IMG/VR virus record: IMGVR_UViG_2698536618_000024
Location: 1 to 23,689 of that record
From: a virus
Taxonomy: Duplodnaviria > Heunggongvirae > Uroviricota > Caudoviricetes
Reading direction: 5' to 3' (one strand)
Length of the DNA: 23,689 nt
Position 1 is the first letter of the stretch. Each line of letters starts with the position of its first letter. Of the stretch, positions 1 through 6,424 are shown piece after piece. The notes below the pieces were generated by a model, which did not search any database, was not told the origin of the DNA, and was given only the letters and a program-made list of their open reading frames with translations. The position numbers and the translations under genes were made by a program.

Positions 1-606
1 ATGGCTAAACCAGCGCGAAGGAAATGCAAAATCTGTAAGGAATGGTTTCACCCGGCATTCTCAAATCAGTGGTGGTGCAGCCCGGAACACGGAACTAAAT
101 TAGCGCTCGAACGACGAAATAAAGAACGCGAAAAGGCGGAAAAAACAGCAGAGAAGAAACGACGACGAGAGGAGCAGAAACAGAAAGATAAAATTAAGAT
201 TCGAAAACTCGCCTTAAAGCCCCGCAGTTACTGGATTAAACAAGCCCAACAAGCCGTAAACGCCTTCATCAGAGAAAGAGACCGCGACTTACCATGTATC
301 TCGTGCGGAACGCTCACGTCTGCTCAGTGGGATGCCGGGCATTACCGGACAACTGCTGCGGCACCTCAACTCCGATTTGATGAACGCAATATTCACAAGC
401 AATGCGTGGTGTGCAACCAGCATAAAAGCGGAAATCTCGTTCCGTATCGCGTCGAACTGATTAACCGGATCGGGCAGGAAGCAGTAGACGAAATCGAATC
501 AAACCATAACCGCCATCGCTGGACTGTCGAAGAGTGCAAGGCGATCAAGGCAGAGTACCAACAGAAACTCAAAGACCTGCGAAATAGCAGAAGTGAGGCT
601 GCATGA
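1..606 (+). CDS. ninG: NinG (Rap-like recombination-associated protein)
   Basis: 201 aa translation matches my recollection of lambda NinG almost residue for residue ([10 protein letters not shown]...[16 protein letters not shown]...[14 protein letters not shown]); ATG is at window position 1. Confidence 0.9.
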   Translation: MAKPARRKCKICKEWFHPAFSNQWWCSPEHGTKLALERRNKEREKAEKTAEKKRRREEQKQKDKIKIRKLALKPRSYWIKQAQQAVNAFIRERDRDLPCISCGTLTSAQWDAGHYRTTAAAPQLRFDERNIHKQCVVCNQHKSGNLVPYRVELINRIGQEAVDEIESNHNRHRWTVEECKAIKAEYQQKLKDLRNSRSEAA

Positions 607-809
607 CGTTCTCAGTAAAAACCATTCCAGACATGCTCGTTGAAGCATACGGAAACCAGACAGAAGTAGCACGCAGACTGAAATGTAGTCGCGTTACGGT
701 CAGAAAATACGTTGATGATAAAGACGGGAAAATGCACGCCATCGTCAACGACGTTCTCATGGTTCATCGCGGATGGAGTGAAAGAGATGCGCTATTACGA
801 AAGAATTGA
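603..809 (+). CDS. ninH: NinH small DNA-binding protein
   Basis: 68 aa; [65 protein letters not shown] matches recalled lambda NinH; ATGA overlap with ninG stop. Confidence 0.85.
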   Translation: MTFSVKTIPDMLVEAYGNQTEVARRLKCSRVTVRKYVDDKDGKMHAIVNDVLMVHRGWSERDALLRKN

Positions 810-1458
810 TGGCAGCAAATACCGAAATATTTGGGTAGTTGGCGATCTGCACGGATGCTACACGAACCTGATGAAAAAACTGGAGACGATAGGATTCGAC
901 ACCAAAAAAGACCTGCTTATCTCGGTTGGCGATTTGGTCGATCGCGGTACAGAGAACGTCGAATGCCTGGAATTAATCACATTCCCCTGGTTCAGAGCTG
1001 TACGTGGAAACCATGAGCAAATGATGATTGATGGCTTATCAGAGCGCGGAAACGTCAATCACTGGATGCTTAATGGCGGTGGCTGGTTCTTTAATCTCGA
1101 TTACGACAAAGAAATTCTGGCTAAAGCTCTTGCCCATAAAGCAGATGAACTTCCGTTAATCATCGAACTGGTGAGCAAAGATAAAAAATATGTCATCTGC
1201 CACGCCGATTATCCTTGTGACGAATACGAGTTTGGAAAGCCAGTTGATCATCAGCAGGTAATCTGGAACCGAGAACGAATCAGCAACTCACAAGACGGGA
1301 TCGTGAAAGAAATTAAAGGCGCGGACACGTTCATCTTTGGTCATACGCCAGCAGTGAAACCGCTCAAATTTGCCAACCAGATGTATATCGATACCGGCGC
1401 AGTGTTCTGCGGAAAGCTCACATTGATTCAGGTACAGGGAGAAGGCGCGTGGGCATAA
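787..1458 (+). CDS. ninI: PPP-family Ser/Thr protein phosphatase (lambda PPase-like)
   Basis: Metallophosphatase motifs GDLHG, GDLVDRG and GNHE visible in translation; start placed at [23 protein letters not shown] (ATG 787), not the ORF-track start at 712, because the upstream extension overlaps ninH and is not phosphatase-like. Confidence 0.9.
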   Translation: MRYYERIDGSKYRNIWVVGDLHGCYTNLMKKLETIGFDTKKDLLISVGDLVDRGTENVECLELITFPWFRAVRGNHEQMMIDGLSERGNVNHWMLNGGGWFFNLDYDKEILAKALAHKADELPLIIELVSKDKKYVICHADYPCDEYEFGKPVDHQQVIWNRERISNSQDGIVKEIKGADTFIFGHTPAVKPLKFANQMYIDTGAVFCGKLTLIQVQGEGAWA

Positions 1459-1967
1459 GAGAACTAAACCTCACCAAAGAACAGCATGAGTGGCTGAATG
1501 GCTGGCTTGAACTGTGGGGCGCATGGGTTTATTCAGGTCGTCTGGAAAAGCGCATGAGCAGCGTAATAGCGAAGTTCATGGAGAGCGTAGAGCCGGGAAG
1601 AGTTATGACAAGACCAATGTGCAATGATGATGATGGAATGTTGATTTCTCAGGTCGTCGATTCCGTCATGTACATTGACAAGAAAGCCTTTGGCATCCTC
1701 CTCAGCTACTACGCTCATGGTTCATCTAAGCGAGCAATTGCATCCTACTATCACGCGACTGCAAAGCCACGCAAGATGTGTGGACGTGGTGGCGAGGGAT
1801 GGAGAAAACCTTCACTGGCAACCTGTAGAAACGAAATTGACGACATCCTGAAAGCGTCGTTATTTGTTTTGTACCAGCCAATGCAAAATGCTTTCAAAAT
1901 GCGTAAACGTGTTGAGAAAGTTAAGCATGTTGCTGTTAAAAGTCTTGACATGCAATTAGCCATTTAG
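1449..1967 (+). CDS. Late-gene antitermination protein Q (non-lambda, QuuD/phage-82-like type)
   Basis: Position immediately after nin genes and before lysis genes; N-terminal [12 protein letters not shown]...[12 protein letters not shown] resembles the recalled E. coli DLP12 QuuD pattern (ERWGAWAANN...RPQCCDDDAMII); GTG start overlaps phosphatase stop. Confidence 0.75.
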   Translation: MGIRELNLTKEQHEWLNGWLELWGAWVYSGRLEKRMSSVIAKFMESVEPGRVMTRPMCNDDDGMLISQVVDSVMYIDKKAFGILLSYYAHGSSKRAIASYYHATAKPRKMCGRGGEGWRKPSLATCRNEIDDILKASLFVLYQPMQNAFKMRKRVEKVKHVAVKSLDMQLAI

Positions 1968-1974
1968 CCATAAT
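1945..1974 (+). promoter_or_regulatory. Candidate late promoter PR' with overlapping repeated TTAGCCA motif (possible Q-binding/qut element)
   Basis: TTGACA at 1945-1950, 18-nt spacer, CATAAT at 1969-1974; ATTAGCCA/TTAGCCA/ATTAGCA copies at 1955-1962, 1964-1970, 1973-1979, between and over the -35/-10 elements. Confidence 0.4.
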
Positions 1975-1984
1975 TAGCAGGTAA

Positions 1985-2026
1985 GCTGCCGTTAGTGACT
2001 CTTAAGTTGCAACGGTGGCTTTTTTT
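1985..2026 (+). terminator. Intrinsic terminator-like hairpin (tR'-like) downstream of Q
   Basis: GCTGCCGTT (1985-1993) pairs with AACGGTGGC (2011-2019), 9 bp including two G-U pairs, 17-nt loop, then a 7-T run 2020-2026. Confidence 0.4.
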
Positions 2027-2030
2027 ATTT

Positions 2031-2105
2031 GGGTCAGTCGTATAAAGGTCATTACGGAAGGCTGTTAACCTTCTTATCGTGGTTCGAGTCCACGCTGTCC
2101 CGCCA
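2031..2105 (+). tRNA. tRNA-Asn(GUU)-like gene, possibly degenerate
   Basis: Hand-folded cloverleaf: anticodon stem GAAGG/CCTTC, loop CTGTTAA (anticodon GTT), T-arm CGTGG-TTCGAGT-CCACG, discriminator G plus encoded CCA; acceptor stem has one U-U mismatch (4:69) and D-stem only 3 bp. Confidence 0.5.
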
Positions 2106-2110
2106 AATAT

Positions 2111-2186
2111 GCTGGTTTAGCTCCAATGGTAGAGCGGTCGCCTTGTAAGCGAATGGGTAGCGGTTCAAGTCCGTTAACCAGCACCA
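2111..2186 (+). tRNA. tRNA-Thr(UGU)-like gene
   Basis: Hand-folded cloverleaf: perfect 7-bp acceptor GCTGGTT/AACCAGC, D-arm GCTC-CAATGGTA-GAGC, anticodon loop CTTGTAA (anticodon TGT), T-arm AGCGG-TTCAAGT-CCGTT, discriminator A, encoded CCA; acceptor ends resemble recalled E. coli tRNA-Thr. Confidence 0.6.
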
Positions 2187-2408
2187 TAACTGAGCCGTAG
2201 CCACTGGCTATCCTGAATTCATCAGTGATAGTTATGCTGCGGCCTTCTACACATGACCTTCGTGAAAGCGGGTGGCAAGAGGCTGCGCTAACAACCTCAT
2301 GCCGTTTTGCCCGTGCATATCGGTCACGAACAAATCTGATTACTAAACACAGTAGCCTGGATTTGTTCTATCAGTAATCGACCTTATTCCTAATTAAATA
2401 GAGCAAAT

Positions 2409-2424
2409 CCCCTCAATGAAGGGG
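2409..2424 (+). promoter_or_regulatory. Stem-loop immediately upstream of holin start, covering the likely Shine-Dalgarno (sdi-like)
   Basis: CCCCT (2409-2413) pairs with AGGGG (2420-2424), loop CAATGA; ATG follows at 2431. Confidence 0.35.
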
Positions 2425-2430
2425 TAGAGC

Positions 2431-2634
2431 ATGTACCGTATGGACAAAATCAGAGAATGGTTCAGTTATAGTTTCGGAGGACTGACTGCGATGGGTGGCA
2501 TTCTCTCCCTGAATGACTGGGCTGTCATCATTGGTATTCTTTGTACTGTCGGCACATTTGGCATCAACTGGTACTACAAGCGCAAAGAGCGCGAGGACAG
2601 ATTGAATGGCAATGTCACCGGTACTACGAAATAG
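2431..2634 (+). CDS. Holin, pinholin-like, with dual start motif (Met1/Met4)
   Basis: 67 aa with two hydrophobic segments and charged C-terminus; N-terminus MYRMDKI resembles the recalled phage 21 S dual start (MKSMDKI); directly precedes a SAR endolysin. Confidence 0.7.
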   Translation: MYRMDKIREWFSYSFGGLTAMGGILSLNDWAVIIGILCTVGTFGINWYYKRKEREDRLNGNVTGTTK

Positions 2635-3109
2635 CGTAATAGCGGCGATAAGTGGCGGGGCTATTGCTATAGCATCTGTGTTAATCACTGGACCAAGTGG
2701 TAACGATGGCCTGGAAGGTGTCAGCTACATACCATACAAAGATATTGTTGGTGTATGGACTGTATGCCACGGACACACCGGAAAAGACATCATGCTCGGT
2801 AAAACGTATACCGAAGCAGAATGCAAAGCCCTCCTGAATAAAGACATTGCCACGGTCGCCAGACAAATTAACCCGTACATCAAAGTCGATATACCGGAAA
2901 CAACGCGCGGCGCTCTTTACTCGTTCGTTTACAACGTGGGTGCTGGAAATTTCAGAACATCGACGCTTCTTCGCAAAATAAACCAGGGCGATATCAAAGG
3001 CGCATGTGATCAGCTACGTCGCTGGACATATGCTGGCGGTAAGCAATGGAAAGGTCTCATGACTCGTCGTGAGATTGAGCGTGAAATCTGTTTGTGGGGT
3101 CAGCAATGA
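2606..3109 (+). CDS. SAR endolysin (T4-lysozyme-like GH24 muramidase with N-terminal signal-anchor-release domain)
   Basis: N-terminal Gly/Ala-rich weakly hydrophobic segment ([22 protein letters not shown]) followed by E-x8-D-x5-T catalytic spacing ([17 protein letters not shown]); near-identical to my recollection of phage 21 R. Confidence 0.9.
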   Translation: MAMSPVLRNSVIAAISGGAIAIASVLITGPSGNDGLEGVSYIPYKDIVGVWTVCHGHTGKDIMLGKTYTEAECKALLNKDIATVARQINPYIKVDIPETTRGALYSFVYNVGAGNFRTSTLLRKINQGDIKGACDQLRRWTYAGGKQWKGLMTRREIEREICLWGQQ

Positions 3110-3573
3110 ACAGAGTAACCGCGATTATCTCCGCTCTGGTTATCTGCATCGTCGTCTGCCTGTCATGGGGTGTTAATCATTACCGTGATAACGCCATCGC
3201 CTACAAAGAACAGCGCGACAAAAATGCCAGAGAACTGAAGCTGGCGAACGCGGCAATTACTGAGATGCAGATGCGTCAGCGTGATGTTGCTGCGCTCGAT
3301 GCAAAATACACGAAGGAGTTAGCTGATGCGAAAGCTGAAAATGATGCTCTTCGGCGCAAGCTTGATAATGGTGGCAGGGTGCTCGTCAAAGGAAAATGCC
3401 CTGTGCCATCCTCAGACGAAACCTCCAGCGCCTCCGGCATGGGCAATGATGCCACCGTCGAACTCTCTCCAGTTGCTGGACGAAACGTTCTCGGTATCCG
3501 GGACGGAATTATCCGCGACCAAACAGCACTAAGAACGCTTCAGGAATACATCAGGACGCAATGCCTTCGATGA
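3106..3573 (+). CDS. Rz: Rz i-spanin
   Basis: N-terminal TM segment ([18 protein letters not shown]), coiled-coil-like body, strong resemblance to recalled lambda Rz; ATG 3106 overlaps endolysin stop (ATGA). Confidence 0.85.
   Translation: MNRVTAIISALVICIVVCLSWGVNHYRDNAIAYKEQRDKNARELKLANAAITEMQMRQRDVAALDAKYTKELADAKAENDALRRKLDNGGRVLVKGKCPVPSSDETSSASGMGNDATVELSPVAGRNVLGIRDGIIRDQTALRTLQEYIRTQCLR
3326..3532 (+). CDS. Rz1: Rz1 o-spanin lipoprotein, embedded in the +1 frame of Rz
   Basis: Lipobox LIMVAGC then Pro-rich PPAPPAW; resembles recalled lambda Rz1; fully nested within Rz. Confidence 0.8.
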   Translation: MRKLKMMLFGASLIMVAGCSSKENALCHPQTKPPAPPAWAMMPPSNSLQLLDETFSVSGTELSATKQH

Positions 3574-3747
3574 TAGCGATAATTTTACTCATCATCCTTC
3601 ACATCTGGCTCTGTAGGCAGGGTGGTGAACACTTCTGGAGTGAATCCGGATTAAATATCTCATTGCTGATGCTTGATATTGAGCATCTGGCGCGCGGTAA
3701 GGGGCTGTGTTGAGATAAGAGCCAGTCATTACAAACACCAGGATTTA

Positions 3748-3770
3748 GCCTCGCATTCGCGGGGCTTTTT
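3748..3770 (+). terminator. Intrinsic terminator-like hairpin in the post-lysis spacer
   Basis: GCCTCGC (3748-3754) pairs with GCGGGGC (3759-3765) with one G-U, loop ATTC, then TTTTT 3766-3770. Confidence 0.4.
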
Positions 3771-4043
3771 ACATCTGCAGTAAACCGCGCATCGCAGCGC
3801 GTAACAATCCCGAGTCTTTCAGAAAGCTGAGCCTGAGAACTGCCGTATATGGTGGCGACCATCTCGGGGCGGCTTTTCTGTGCGAAACCGGAATTTATTC
3901 TTGGCAACCAGTTACGGCAGTACCACGAAACAACCCAAGCCAGTAAGTGGGGAAATAACACTGGCAGCCACTGAAAGATGAACCTCCTGCCTTATGGCAA
4001 AAAAGATTCTTTGTGGTGGCGGACTGATGGAAAGACATCGGTT

Positions 4044-4078
4044 ATTGCAGAGACCATTCAATGAGTGGTCTCTGCAAT
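4044..4078. repeat. 13-bp perfect inverted repeat with 9-bp spacer
   Basis: ATTGCAGAGACCA (4044-4056) / TGGTCTCTGCAAT (4066-4078), read directly; ~65 bp upstream of the ORF starting at 4142. Confidence 0.7.
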
Positions 4079-4141
4079 GGCTTATACCCTGCACGGGATA
4101 ACTTAACTGATATCCCTTTTAACGGATAAGCGGAGCCAACA

Positions 4142-4384
4142 ATGGCAGAGATTATTCCCATGACTGAAGAACAGAAATTCCAGTTAGAGATTTACAAGCT
4201 GGTCATGAACCAGAACGCAGCCGCAGAGGAAGCATTTCAGTTCATTGGCACTGACGAACTGAAGCTTGAGCTATTCAAAATTCACTTCCAGTCAGGTGGT
4301 GCTAATTCGGATATCACGATCCGCACATTCGAAGCGGTGCGTAAATCGAAGGAAGCGTTAGACCTGTTTACTACCGGAGCATGA
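4142..4384 (+). CDS. Hypothetical small acidic protein (80 aa) upstream of terminase
   Basis: Clean ORF with GGAG-type RBS context, protein-like helical composition; same position and size as the small orf80 that I recall preceding gene 3 in P22; no function recognised. Confidence 0.55.
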   Translation: MAEIIPMTEEQKFQLEIYKLVMNQNAAAEEAFQFIGTDELKLELFKIHFQSGGANSDITIRTFEAVRKSKEALDLFTTGA

Positions 4385-4385
4385 T

Positions 4386-4565
4386 GTGAGCCGCGTAATC
4401 AATTTGGGTAAGGAGAAGAAATTCCCAATTACTCAAGAGCTATACGAGCGGCTGGAAAGCGTCATCCATGATTACGATGGTGAAATCAGTTTATGCGAGG
4501 CGATTGGCACACTTGAATTGCTGAAGCAGTCATTGATTGAAGGCGCGAAAGAGTCCTCAGCCTGA
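4386..4565 (+). CDS. Hypothetical small protein (59 aa, GTG start), translationally coupled to the upstream ORF
   Basis: Not in the supplied ORF track (below 60 aa). GGAG sits 6 nt upstream of GTG 4386; stop of the upstream ORF (4382-4384) is 1 nt before the start; translation VSRVINLGKEKKFPITQELYERLESVIHDYDGEISLCEAIGTLELLKQSLIEGAKESSA is protein-like. Confidence 0.35.
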   Translation: MSRVINLGKEKKFPITQELYERLESVIHDYDGEISLCEAIGTLELLKQSLIEGAKESSA

Positions 4566-4582
4566 AATGACAATTAAGTGAG

Positions 4583-5011
4583 ATGAATATGGCGACTGAA
4601 CCAAAAGCTGGTCGCCCCTCTGATTATATGCCGGAGGTGGCTGACGATATCTGCTCGTTGCTTTCTTCTGGCGAAAGTCTGCTGAAAGTATGTAAGCGTC
4701 CTGGTATGCCGGATAAGTCCACTGTTTTCCGCTGGTTGGCAAAGCATGAGGATTTTCGCGACAAGTACGCGAAGGCAACTGAGGCACGAGCTGATTCTAT
4801 TTTCGAAGAGATATTCGAAATTGCTGACAATGCGATTCCAGATGCTGCTGAGGTGGCAAAGGCAAGACTTCGCGTTGATACCCGCAAATGGGCGCTGGCC
4901 CGAATGAATCCCCGTAAGTATGGCGACAAGGTAACTAACGAGCTTGTCGGCAAAGACGGCGGCGCAATCCAGATTGAAACATCACCGATGAGCACTCTAT
5001 TCGGAAAATGA
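4583..5011 (+). CDS. Terminase small subunit
   Basis: 142 aa ORF immediately upstream of and overlapping (ATGA) the large terminase; N-terminal region looks HTH-like; family assignment by position and size only. Confidence 0.75.
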   Translation: MNMATEPKAGRPSDYMPEVADDICSLLSSGESLLKVCKRPGMPDKSTVFRWLAKHEDFRDKYAKATEARADSIFEEIFEIADNAIPDAAEVAKARLRVDTRKWALARMNPRKYGDKVTNELVGKDGGAIQIETSPMSTLFGK

Positions 5012-6423
5012 CCTCGATTAATCCTATCTTTGAACCGTTCATTGAGGCGCATCGCTACAAAGTCGCCAAAGGCGGTCGAGGTAGCGGTAAATCATGGGCA
5101 ATTGCGAGACTGCTTGTTGAGGCGGCACGTCGGCAGCCTGTGCGTATTCTTTGCGCTCGTGAACTGCAAAACAGTATCAGCGATTCGGTAATCCGGTTGC
5201 TTGAAGATACCATCGAGCGTGAAGGGTATTCGGCTGAGTTTGAAATTCAGCGTTCTATGATTCGTCATCTCGGAACGAATGCTGAGTTCATGTTCTACGG
5301 CATCAAAAACAACCCGACGAAGATTAAATCGCTAGAAGGTATTGATATCTGCTGGGTGGAGGAAGCGGAAGCGGTAACGAAGGAATCATGGGATATCCTG
5401 ATACCAACCATCCGCAAGCCGTTTTCCGAAATATGGGTGAGCTTTAACCCTAAGAACATCCTCGACGATACCTATCAGCGATTCGTTGTAAATCCTCCCG
5501 ATGATATTTGCCTGCTGACGGTGAACTACACTGACAACCCGCATTTTCCTGAAGTTCTCCGTCTGGAGATGGAAGAGTGTAAACGCAGAAATCCGACACT
5601 GTATCGTCACATCTGGCTTGGTGAGCCAGTAAGCGCAAGTGATATGGCAATCATCAAACGTGAATGGCTTGAAGCCGCAACCGATGCGCACAAGAAACTC
5701 GGATGGAAAGCGAAAGGTGCTGTTGTCTCTGCGCATGACCCATCAGATACAGGGCCAGATGCTAAAGGTTATGCATCGCGTCACGGTTCGGTAGTTAAGC
5801 GCATTGCCGAAGGTCTGCTGATGGACATCAACGAGGGTGCTGACTGGGCTACTTCGCTGGCGATTGAAGACGGCTCTGACCACTACCTGTGGGATGGTGA
5901 TGGTGTTGGTGCCGGGCTACGCAGACAGACAACGGAAGCGTTCTCCGGCAAGAAAATCACCGCCACGATGTTCAAGGGCAGCGAATCGCCATTCGATGAA
6001 GATGCGCCATATCAGGCCGGAGCATGGGCTGATGAAGTCGTACAGGGCGACAATGTTCGCACTATTGGCGATGTATTCCGCAATAAGCGAGCGCAATTCT
6101 ATTACGCGCTGGCTGACAGGCTGTATCTGACATATCGGGCGGTTGTCCACGGTGAGTATGCAGACCCCGACGACATGCTGAGCTTCGACAAAGAAGCGAT
6201 AGGCGAGAAGATGCTGGAGAAGCTGTTTGCAGAACTGACGCAGATTCAGCGCAAATTCAATAACAACGGGAAGCTGGAGCTTATGACTAAGGTCGAAATG
6301 AAGCAGAAGCTCGGTATTCCATCTCCTAACCTGGCTGATGCGCTGATGATGTGTATGCATTGCCCGGAGTCGGCTGCGCAACCCGACTATTCCAGTTACT
6401 CAATTCCTTGTGGTGTAGGTTGA
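5008..6423 (+). CDS. Terminase large subunit (ATPase/nuclease)
   Basis: Walker A-like KGGRGSGKS near N-terminus, 471 aa, directly upstream of portal. Confidence 0.9.
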   Translation: MTSINPIFEPFIEAHRYKVAKGGRGSGKSWAIARLLVEAARRQPVRILCARELQNSISDSVIRLLEDTIEREGYSAEFEIQRSMIRHLGTNAEFMFYGIKNNPTKIKSLEGIDICWVEEAEAVTKESWDILIPTIRKPFSEIWVSFNPKNILDDTYQRFVVNPPDDICLLTVNYTDNPHFPEVLRLEMEECKRRNPTLYRHIWLGEPVSASDMAIIKREWLEAATDAHKKLGWKAKGAVVSAHDPSDTGPDAKGYASRHGSVVKRIAEGLLMDINEGADWATSLAIEDGSDHYLWDGDGVGAGLRRQTTEAFSGKKITATMFKGSESPFDEDAPYQAGAWADEVVQGDNVRTIGDVFRNKRAQFYYALADRLYLTYRAVVHGEYADPDDMLSFDKEAIGEKMLEKLFAELTQIQRKFNNNGKLELMTKVEMKQKLGIPSPNLADALMMCMHCPESAAQPDYSSYSIPCGVG

Positions 6424-6424
6424 T

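Noticed and set aside
712-786. Upstream extension of the phosphatase ORF (track start 712)
   Set aside because: The extension overlaps ninH in another frame and is not phosphatase-like; the MRYYERIDG start at 787 matches the lambda phosphatase N-terminus.
2187-2430. Third tRNA gene or a toxin gene (stx-like) between the tRNAs and the holin
   Set aside because: No T-arm/acceptor pattern and no ORF found in this interval on either strand.
3599-3961. 120-aa minus-strand ORF in the post-lysis spacer
   Set aside because: Translation is Trp/Cys/Arg/Ser-rich with no recognisable domain and no convincing RBS; it looks like chance ORF in non-coding DNA. Kept only as part of the spacer finding.
3912-4094. 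60-aa minus-strand ORF
   Set aside because: Same reasoning: implausible composition, and it overlaps the 13-bp inverted repeat.
4142-4565. Type II toxin-antitoxin pair interpretation of the two coupled small ORFs
   Set aside because: Both products are net acidic and neither resembles known toxin or antitoxin folds from sequence; the arrangement alone is insufficient.
5917-6381. 154-aa minus-strand ORF inside the large terminase gene
   Set aside because: Antisense to terminase; no independent support.
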